Positions 55,432 through 64,000 of a DNA stretch of 64,000 nt are shown here, piece after piece. Each line of letters begins with the position of its first letter. Position 1 is the stretch's first letter. Under the pieces are notes generated by a model. The model had not been told where the DNA came from, did no database searches, and saw nothing but the letters and a program-made list of their open reading frames with translations. The stretch comes from an uncultured Nitrososphaerales archaeon (GTDB lineage Archaea; Thermoproteota; Nitrososphaeria; Nitrososphaerales; Nitrososphaeraceae): positions 1 through 64,000 of the forward strand of contig CAVQMO010000014.1 of NCBI GenBank assembly GCA_963713605.1, in the 5' to 3' direction. Both the position numbers and the translations under genes were made by a program.

Positions 55432-56411
55432 TTAACGTGGACTCCCGCTAGTCGATTGCATCCATAAATTCTCAAATATAGAGGTAATAGAAAGAACTGT
55501 TGATTTGCTATTTGAGTATGTTGCTAAACCAATTGCATCTTCATTTTCCTTTTCTTCTATCAATAACGATAATTCTCCATCTCCTACTATGGTCGTTAGT
55601 TTGGTTTGTATTGACTTAAGAAGATAACGCAACTCTATACGCGGATATCCCTTCAATGACTCTTGGGCCTTTTCCTTTAAGAGATTATCGGTACCAATAA
55701 GTATTCTCACTACGATTTCTTGTTCTGCCTTTCTTTTCAGTAGATCTAATATGCCATATTTTTCGTATTGATTCAATATGTTTACTTGTGAAAATATTAT
55801 TAATATTTCATCAGTTGTAGATGATAGAACTTTTGAAACAAGGATAAGAGTTTCTTCGGAATCTTGAATTGTTTCTATAAACTCTCTTTTTAGATCTTCT
55901 TCAATCTCCTTGATTCTCTGCTTGGCAGGAATCGCCTTTTTCCATAACATATCAAAAAAGTTACCTGTTGTACCACAAAGGTACCCATCGTCCTGTAAAT
56001 AGATTCAGTAATGGGTTCTAGTTCAAGTTTTTCAACCTGGCCTTCGATTAATGTAACCCTAGAAAAATCCCCAACTGCTGTTGCTTGGTAAATTGATCTA
56101 TCAGATATTGTAAAATTTCCCTTGACGTCTTCTAGATGTCTTACTTCAGTAGTCAATTTAATTAATTCTTTACAGTATGAAAGATTATCCTTCGTAATTT
56201 CAGTAATTAGTCTGGTCTTAATTCCTCTGTTTTTGAGGTCAACTATCGCAGTTACTATTCGGTTTTGAGTCATTATTGTTTTAGGATTGTCCCTATCTAC
56301 ACACGAATCAAGCGTATGCTTTGTAAGAGAAAATCGAGTAAGTGTAGCCTTAATAATATTGTCGATTCCGCGTATAACCTCCGTTTTTCCCTCTGGAAGG
56401 TATTTATCAAT
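55432..56411 (-). pseudogene. Kinase-less homolog of the N-terminal domains of the 4879..6816 kinase, frameshifted
   Basis: KTEVI, DSCVD, RLITEITKDNLSYCKEL, VRHLEDVKGNF, LWKKAIPAKQRIKEIE, ATYSNSKSTV..SIFENLW; no H-box. Confidence 0.75.
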
Positions 56412-56531
56412 GCCTATCGTACTGAATAAGGGCAGTTATTCCTTTAATATATATGACTTGGGTAGGCGGCTACACGATTCAGAGATTTTTGTGCGCGTCA
56501 GAAATTATTCACATACCGGTCTAGAACTATC

Positions 56532-56771
56532 CTATTCCGCGGTCATTTTGACTTGGGTAATCCATTCGCAATGCATCCCAAACTTTGAGTGATGTCTCTC
56601 CACTGCATCCCTATCTGGGGCATCTACCAAACAAAACATCATGCCTGATTCCAAGTCGTAAAAGATATTGAGGACTTGAACTCCTAACTCATCTCTAGGT
56701 TCCCTCTGGCCTTTCTTCAGATCATCTTCTGTAAATCTTCCTATTGAATGAAAGTCTAGGAATGTGGGCAT
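56532..56771 (-). CDS. DUF4242 family protein
   Basis: MPTFLDFH...FCLVDAPDRDAVERHH...CEWITQV. Confidence 0.85.
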   Translation of the reverse strand: MPTFLDFHSIGRFTEDDLKKGQREPRDELGVQVLNIFYDLESGMMFCLVDAPDRDAVERHHSKFGMHCEWITQVKMTAE

Positions 56772-57284
56772 CTATATGATGGTATATCTACATGTCTGTT
56801 CGATGCCTTAAGGATTTTCCTGAGTCTTCTGTTATCAGCGATGTCCATGGCAGTTTACACTTCCTATATTCGCGACATTAGTACAAAAAAAGGTCCTTTA
56901 AGATAGGTGCGTGGCCAGATCTGTAGATTGCATCGGAAGTAAGAGTAACCTCAGATACAAATGACCTAGGATACATTTTTTGGACGTCTAGAATCTTCGA
57001 CTATGATTTTTCGCGCAAGAATATCTATATTGAAGATTACTAATGACCGTGAAGAAATTTCATGATGTGATAACAGGCCTCATCAAATGCAAAAAGTATC
57101 TTTTTCAAGACTAAAATCCTTAATCAGATTTTCGCGCGCAGAACTAACCTGTAAGACAGACTCTAAGACATTGAAATTCCCTACTTATATGCATTTAAGA
57201 TAATCATTTCTGATCCAAAATCATATCTAACTCGTTATTCGGACAATATTCATCATAAATAAGGAAGAGAAAAAATACTTATGG

Positions 57285-57632
57285 ATGGAAGAGTCTGCAT
57301 CTGATCTAAAATACCCATCAGTCAAACACATCCATGACAAAAAACTGAATAAGGTGATCTACATCGATACTGAGGGTACGCTTCGTCCTCAAAGAATTAT
57401 AGAAAATTGCGCGGTCCAGACACTTACAAGTAAACGAGATAGTCGGAAATATCACACCATTCTAGGCCTACAGAATGTTTCCATTGACTTGACAAACATA
57501 AAATCAGTAAACTCACAGATCACTCATTCAGAATTTAAAAAAAGTCAGTTCACCTATCCCCCTCAAGCCTTTGATACATTCATAAAAATAGCTCAGAATA
57601 ACAATATTTTTCGTCTTTCAGAAAGATATTGA
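57285..57632 (+). pseudogene. Fragment of a RadA/Rad51-like protein
   Basis: KVIYIDTEGTLRPQRI; no Walker A motif. Confidence 0.55.
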
Positions 57633-57841
57633 AGGAAGTTTAGAAAGAAAATTAGTGAGACAGGGCGATCATGATTCGGTTTATATACCCATATATATCA
57701 ATGCTCAGGATGAGAAGGAGTTAGTTTGGTCGGCAAACATGGGAACTAAATCATATGGCAAATCGTTTAGCCTTGGCCTTGGACTGGGCATCCTTTCAAT
57801 CGGACCAAATTATCATTCAGAATTTTTAGAGGCTTCTAGTT

Positions 57842-59232
57842 TCAAATAGATATTCTGTCCTTTCTTGCGTACGCCTCCCTTGCCACGTTTATGGCACCCT
57901 TTCTGAGTAGCATAGCTCTATATACTACTTGTTGTGACAACTCAATAGCAACTTTTCTTGGATTTACAATTTCCAAATCTAATTCTCGAACGGATCCTGT
58001 CTGCATCAAGGCCTCTACCAGAACCTGTCTTATGTTTTTGGTTATCTTATATCTGATAAGTTCAAACGCTTCTTTTTCTGTCCTTCCTTGGTATTCTACA
58101 AAGGATCCTATAACACCACCTGCGTTAGCGAGAAAGTCAGGTATAATCAAGATCCCGTTCTTAATTAGGGTACTCATCGGCGCTGGGAAGCGTTGGAATA
58201 TTTGCAGCCTCTACTATGATCTTTACACCACGTTCACGTAGTTTGGGCGCAGTTTTGTCATTTATGACTCCTCCCAAAGCTGCTGGGATGAATATATCAG
58301 CATCCACATCAAATATTTCGTCTTTATCCCTAATATCGTATTGATGTGCACGCGCACTGTTGCTATTAGAATTGGAAGAACTATGTTTAGATGAGGAAGT
58401 GTATTGGTCTGTAGATAATTCGGACAGTTTTGTCTTGCCTTTCATATCCGTCATTAATCTAGGAATATTTAGCCCCTTCCTGTCATAAATGAAAGCAGAG
58501 ACATCGCTCACTCCGACGACTTTAATCCTTGGTAAATCATCCAGAAATTTTGCAGTAAAAGATCCAACATTACCAAAACCTTGTATGGTTACGGTCCTTT
58601 CTCGTCCTCCCTCTGACCTGTCACCCAGCTCTTTAAGTGTAGATTGTACCCGAGTCAAGTTTGATGATGGTAGCCTATCTAGCACCTCCAGAGACGCCTC
58701 TAATGCCACGCTTACCCCATAACCAGTAGTACCTAGTTCATGTGGAATTCCACCCAGTTCTGAGGGCTTGCCAGTACAAGCGCGCATGTCTCCTATCTCA
58801 TGTGCGAATACCGCCATCTCTAACTCTGTGGTTCCGACATCAGTAGCAGCAATATACTGAGATGGACAGTACGGCTTGATCATTTTTGCAAATGATTTCA
58901 TCCAGGATACTCTATCAACTGCATTTGGATTAGCAACTATTCCGCCTTTTGCACCGCCAAAAGGTAGCCCAGCTGCCAGCACACTTCCATGTCATGGTCC
59001 TTGCCAATCTAAATACTTCTAGAGGGGTTACACTTTCTGCAAATCTTATTCCTCCTTTGCCTGGGCCTGTGGATGTATTGTCAATTACCAAGATGCCCTT
59101 CATACCCGTATCAGGATCGTAAACCTGCAGTACTTTCTCAGGTCCCCACTCATCCATCTCTTCCCATGCAGAAGAAGATGAGGAGAACAATGATCTTTCG
59201 CTCTGACTAGAAGATGATGGGTTAGATTTCAA
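57842..59232 (-). pseudogene. gdhA: Glu/Leu/Phe/Val dehydrogenase (glutamate dehydrogenase), two frameshifts
   Basis: GPGKGGIRF, MTWKC, GGAKGGI, TDVGT, TGKP.ELGG, IQGFGNVG, EAANIPT, PDFLANAGGV. Confidence 0.9.
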
Positions 59233-59842
59233 TTTTTTGCCGATCTTACTTGCTGATCATCTAGTTAATTACTCTTGTGGAATGTAACTAAGGTACACAA
59301 AATGATAGATTCTTATTCGTGCTAACGTGTTGTCGGATGTTCTTACGGAAGAGTTTCTTCCTGCTTTTAGTTTGGATCGCATTATGATGGCCTGAAGATA
59401 CGTTATAATATTCATCAACCAGGACTATAGCTTAGTTTGCTCTTCACAGCTTTTCCCGTGTTCCAGACTTCACATGTGGACACACAGTTATATATGATTA
59501 TATATATGGTCACATATAGTCTCAATATTATAGTTGCTAATGTAGATGAGTATTACGTGGAAGTTGCTATGTCATTTCTCTCAGGTAGAAATTCAACGAT
59601 AAGCCTTTGCTGACTTACTTACTTGACTCAGCGACATTAAATACGATGTGGATAAGTCTAAAATTAATATCACCATATTACGTCTCACCAGATCAATGAC
59701 TTTCCGTATATAAGTTCAGATATCCATAATGTAATTATGGCTGAGCACAGCCATGTCGTTAGCTATCACCGCAGAATCGCCTCAACTAATTTCATGGAAT
59801 GTAATGTAAGGTGATTAAATTGCATAAACCTAATTCATGATC

Positions 59843-60424
59843 TTAAGAATACAAGAGACTCCTTACAACATCGGCTGCGAATCCGTAAAAATTCTGCCTA
59901 AGCGTACGGTTTTCAGCTTCTTTGCTTAGTTCATGCATTAAGTTATTAAATGTCATTTTCAGCTCTCCGTCGCCGCTTGCTAACGCAAAGATTTCTGTCT
60001 TGAAGCCTTTGCTTAACCAAGAATCGATCTCGTTTATAATGAATAACATAACTTTCCATTCCCCGAGGTTGTCAAAGGTCCATTGATCGTTGGCTCGTAG
60101 ATAAAGGTAACCACTATTTTTAACCATAAAGCCTCTGAAGACGCCACCTTGATACCAATTATTTCCCACTCTACAAATCAAGGAATTCTTGCGTAAGTGT
60201 TGTACGGGATAACCTTTCGGTGTTTTATTATCCTCGCCATCTGCGTCCCTTACGGCAGGCGTGAAAGGCGCAAACGTTACTTTACCTAGGGCCACAGTTA
60301 TCACAAAATCATTGAGATTAACATGCAGACCAGTTGTGACAAGATCTCCCTTGACTGGGAGAGGATCTTCAATTTTTTGATAAGATGTTTGATCCAGGAA
60401 TTGGAAAACGTGGTCTAAAAGCAA
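59843..60424 (-). CDS. Hypothetical protein with a LecA/PA-IL-like beta domain
   Basis: TGLHV...ITV..G.V, SLICRVG, SGYLYLRAND...DNLG. Confidence 0.55.
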   Translation of the reverse strand: MLLDHVFQFLDQTSYQKIEDPLPVKGDLVTTGLHVNLNDFVITVALGKVTFAPFTPAVRDADGEDNKTPKGYPVQHLRKNSLICRVGNNWYQGGVFRGFMVKNSGYLYLRANDQWTFDNLGEWKVMLFIINEIDSWLSKGFKTEIFALASGDGELKMTFNNLMHELSKEAENRTLRQNFYGFAADVVRSLLYS

Positions 60425-60764
60425 TTTATGAAGTCCAATTTAGTAGGATTTAAGTTTTGTGCCTTATGGCTCTAATCTTACCAGATATTTCAATTAGATT
60501 AATGAATAAAGACAAAATAATGCCTTTAGACGCGTCACGAATCCCGAATGACATTTGGGATAATCTTATCGTATTGCTGAACTCGGAAGCTACTAATTAT
60601 TATAATATACCTTAAAGTTGAAGCCATAGTGATTTTTCCAATGAAAGTTCCTGTCTTTTAAAGGGCAAACTGATATAGGAATAAGGCAAGATAGTTTCCT
60701 TCTCATGCACCACCAATAGGTATATATGCCAATCAGTATACAATACTTATAGAGAAAAATAAGA

Positions 60765-60941
60765 ATGCCAATGCTTATGTTAAAATGCAAAACCTGTGGC
60801 GAGGTTTTTCCAGGGCTATATGTTCCCGAAGGAAGTACAGATGATTTTACGGCGAATGTTACAACTTCTGATACTTCACATACATGTTCTAGAAAACACT
60901 CGAATGAATACGTCACTGTAGATTATATGGATTTGTCTTGA
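60765..60941 (+). CDS. Small Zn-ribbon protein (58 aa) upstream of hflX
   Basis: Manual translation MPMLMLKCKTCGEVFPGLYV...HTCSRKHSNEY...DLS; stop followed by GAGGT and hflX ATG. Confidence 0.7.
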   Translation: MPMLMLKCKTCGEVFPGLYVPEGSTDDFTANVTTSDTSHTCSRKHSNEYVTVDYMDLS

Positions 60942-60945
60942 GGTA

Positions 60946-62139
60946 ATGAATTCCGCCAAAGTTATACTTGTAGCATATCCAGATAACTTTAGTCTTCAAG
61001 AAGCACAAAGTTTAGTAGAGTCATCCTCGCCTTCGATGGCTGCACAACCTCAAATTGTAAAGGTTTTTACACAAAAGTATCTGAATCACGCTCGCTATGG
61101 GCTTGGTTCTGGTAAAGCTGAAGAATTGAAAGAATTTGTGAAACAATCTAAAGCAGATCAGATAGTTGTTGATGAACACTTAACTCCAAAACAGATTCAC
61201 AACCTAGAGAAGCTAACAGGCGCACAGGTAATTGACAGAGAGAGACTAATACTTAACATATTCCATTCAAGAGCTACCACGATAGAGGCAAAATTGCAGA
61301 TTGAACTAGCTGAGGTCAAATATGAAATGCCACGTGTAAGAGAAAATGCGAAACTGACATCAGGGAGCACTGAAAGACCTGGAAAAGGAGGTATGGGGGA
61401 ATACACAGTCGATGTGAAATTTAGAGACCTAAAAAGACGCATGTCTTTTATCAAAAAGAAGCTTGCTGACGCCCACACAAAACGTGAGCTTTATCGTCAG
61501 CAGAGGTTGAAAACTAAAATGCCGATTGTTTCATTAATAGGTTATACAAGCTCGGGAAAAACCACACTCTTCAACTTGCTTACCTCTGAAAATAAGGAAA
61601 TATCTAGTAGTCTATTTACAACGCTTTCCACAACTACAAGAGCATTTAGAATTAATAACGAGAAACAGGAGAGGGAATCATCGTTACTTCTTATTGATAC
61701 AGTAGGTTTTATTAGTAGACTTCCTCATTACATGATAGATGCATTTAAATCGACTTTGCAAGAATCACTGGCAGCTGATTTAATTCTACTTTTAATAGAC
61801 GCCTCTGAAAAGCTCGAAGACATTAAGATAAAATACGAAAGCTGTTGGAATGTTCTGGATGAACTAAAAGTAGACAAATCTAAAGTTTTTGTTATCTTAA
61901 CTAAATGTGATGGCGTCATAGGCTTATCAGAACGCATTGACAATATTGCAAATGATTTGAGTGTATCTAACCCCATAATCATATCGTCTAACACTGGGTA
62001 TGGGATTCGTAAGCTAAAGACTATGATTGCTCACAATCTACATTCTCAATCCCCTTCTAGTGAGGAACACTTAACAAATGTAAAAACAGTGGCAGAAGAA
62101 GGTGCATATATAATCGCGGCAACAGACCTTCATACCTAA
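60946..62139 (+). CDS. hflX: Ribosome-splitting GTPase HflX
   Basis: GSGKAEEL, VIDRERLILNIF..RA, EAKLQIELA, GYTSSGKTTLFN, LFTTL.TTTR, DTVGFI..LP, AFKSTL. Confidence 0.95.
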   Translation: MNSAKVILVAYPDNFSLQEAQSLVESSSPSMAAQPQIVKVFTQKYLNHARYGLGSGKAEELKEFVKQSKADQIVVDEHLTPKQIHNLEKLTGAQVIDRERLILNIFHSRATTIEAKLQIELAEVKYEMPRVRENAKLTSGSTERPGKGGMGEYTVDVKFRDLKRRMSFIKKKLADAHTKRELYRQQRLKTKMPIVSLIGYTSSGKTTLFNLLTSENKEISSSLFTTLSTTTRAFRINNEKQERESSLLLIDTVGFISRLPHYMIDAFKSTLQESLAADLILLLIDASEKLEDIKIKYESCWNVLDELKVDKSKVFVILTKCDGVIGLSERIDNIANDLSVSNPIIISSNTGYGIRKLKTMIAHNLHSQSPSSEEHLTNVKTVAEEGAYIIAATDLHT

Positions 62140-62145
62140 AGTAAT

Positions 62146-62283
62146 ATGTCAAAACAGAATCGGAAAATAGACTCTATGACATTCGAATATACCGTGAGAA
62201 AATGCGGTATTTCTTCACATATTATTCTCCCAGCTTCAATGGTTGGACAAAGGGTTAAGATTAGTATTGAAACGCTCGACTAA
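62146..62283 (+). CDS. DUF2080/AbrB-like small protein (45 aa)
   Basis: Manual translation ...FEYTVRKCGISSHIILPASMVGQRVKISIETLD. Confidence 0.65.
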   Translation: MSKQNRKIDSMTFEYTVRKCGISSHIILPASMVGQRVKISIETLD

Positions 62284-62811
62284 GAGATAAAGAGTGGATT
62301 ATTGACAACATAACTTCCGAATACAACCTGTTATCTGAACCTAAAGATATCTTTATTTCTCCTATACCGCATTGTTAAATGCATAATCAAGCCTACTATA
62401 TTTCTTGATGGTCTTTTCTACCAGTAATCTTACATTATCTCCGTTTGCCACATCGGTTCTACATATAATATTATAGTAGTAGGAGAATCAGATTTATAGT
62501 ACTAGCAATGATTGAAATATATCATTACACAGACATATGGAATGCAAATGAGCTCTATATGAGATTCTTAAGGCAAATAATAAATGTTATTTAACTTAGT
62601 GATGGTAAAATGATAATGGAGAAGCTGGAGATATCGGTGAGTGCACTATTAACATAGAAGATTCAGAACTCTGAACCCTAATCTTTTTTTATACTAGTTC
62701 CTAATTTGCAGAGAATATAGACATTTATCTCTAACCATGACAACTAATTGATTATTCTTCGAAAAGATTCCTTTCTTTTATATATATGTATAATGAAGAT
62801 GCTGTTGAGAA

Positions 62812-63105
62812 ATGGCTATACTTAGAATATACAAGCAAAAACCAGCAGACATGGATCTTTCCAAACTGGTGGAGACAATTAGTGAATCAGGTTTAGAAGA
62901 TGGATTGCAAAAATTTTATGATAAACCTCTTGAGAAGGAAACTAAGTGTATTGTAGCAGGACCTAGTTTTCTGCAGTTCCTAAGTAAATTATTTCGAATC
63001 CAGATATCTGGCGGAGACATCATACAGTTTGAACATAAGGGTCATGGTAAATACTATATGCTTTCAGCAACAGGAACATGGGACGAAATAATAAAATTAA
63101 GTTAA
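62812..63105 (+). CDS. Hypothetical protein
   Basis: ATG ORF downstream of a TATA-rich box. Confidence 0.65.
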   Translation: MAILRIYKQKPADMDLSKLVETISESGLEDGLQKFYDKPLEKETKCIVAGPSFLQFLSKLFRIQISGGDIIQFEHKGHGKYYMLSATGTWDEIIKLS

Positions 63106-63783
63106 TAACAAGAGAAGAGCAAAACGAATGTCTTTTGTCCATTTTCAATGTCCCATGATTTATCTATCCCATTACTTTACAACTCGCATGACCGCACATT
63201 CTCTCTATTTCAGAAATATTGTAATTCAAAGTGCAACAACAATAATATATAGAACAATTTCTCTTACCGATACATACACTCAATAGATCAGCAGTGTACA
63301 TGAATGGAATAAAGCAGCTTCTTTAGATCCATGCTAAGGAGCTTATAAAACTGCAAATAAGCCTTTGGAGCCTCTTTATTAGTAACGGAAGTAAAGTGGT
63401 AGATATGACAGAGTTTGGAAAACCCCAACCCTGCCGCAATAAATGCGGTGCCTGGATCTATTTTCATTCTAGAAGTTGTTCAATTGATATTTTCTTAGTT
63501 ACGTCTACTTCAAAATATGGACTCAACATATGAATTATTACTGGCTCTTTGCAACCTGCATTCTTCGGGTTAGTTGATACATACTATCATGACATTGACA
63601 TTCGCAAATTCTTGTTATTTTTGAACTATTGACTAATATTTCGCCTTCGCATAAGCCGTGTTCGTTTTGCATACACTTTTCCGATTTATATCCAGCCAAC
63701 TAGACTCTTTATCTCTTTATTCTATATATGTATAGATCGAAAAGATATCAATATATAGCGAAAGGGCCAGAGACATACAAAAG

Positions 63784-63924
63784 ATGGCAAAATGTACAAA
63801 ATGCGCATCCGACATACAATCAAATGGCTATGATATCGAAGAATTAAGTCTCCCTAAAGCTACATGTTACTTGGTTTCCTGTAAGCAGTGTAAGACCATT
63901 CTTGGAATTGTTCAAGAGAAATAG
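63784..63924 (+). CDS. Small Zn-ribbon protein (46 aa)
   Basis: Manual translation MAKCTKCASD...LVSCKQCKTILGIVQEK. Confidence 0.7.
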   Translation: MAKCTKCASDIQSNGYDIEELSLPKATCYLVSCKQCKTILGIVQEK

Positions 63925-64000
63925 CTCTCCTGCTCCCGCGAGAACACCTTCCTAATACATTATCATCCACGAGAAAATATTGTTAGTGGAGGTGTCAATG

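Noticed and set aside
57285..57632. Functional radA
   Set aside because: Only one motif survives; no Walker A or B
60593..60916. Minus-strand 107-aa ORF
   Set aside because: Antisense to the Zn-ribbon ORF that leads into hflX

Overview
AT-rich chromosomal segment that looks like a soil ammonia-oxidising archaeon (Nitrososphaeraceae-like). This is inferred from protein family content, archaeal TATA-type promoters about 25 nt before start codons, and Ser/Asn/Asp-rich loop insertions; no marker gene is present. The region is accessory and partly decayed. It carries PhoD, several two-component genes, an NHL propeller, a Zn-dependent ADH, a PQQ sugar dehydrogenase, a Hef/FANCM-like helicase, oxalate decarboxylase, a matrixin, TetR and Lrp regulators, a nucleotide-sugar dehydrogenase, glutamate dehydrogenase and HflX. 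It also holds relics of integrases and of a terminase-like gene. About 20 genes are broken by frameshifts or stops, which may reflect assembly error, true decay or both. The best candidate new system is a tightly packed alkylation-repair operon (MGMT, DUF2086 oxygenase, degenerate Ada-Zn-like ORF, AlkB). It is divergent from a ribbon-helix-helix plus MEDS-like regulator, with a palindrome between the two TATA boxes. Other highlights: a membrane protein with two AmoC/PmoC-type DxxxH-x12-H motifs next to a 14-bp-arm operator and TetR; a duplicated promoter plus coupled leader-ORF module; a dispersed ~60-bp ACTAGT-bounded element; and a multi-helix structured non-coding element. No rRNA, tRNA or CRISPR array was seen. 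Family assignments come from motif recognition by eye, not database searches.
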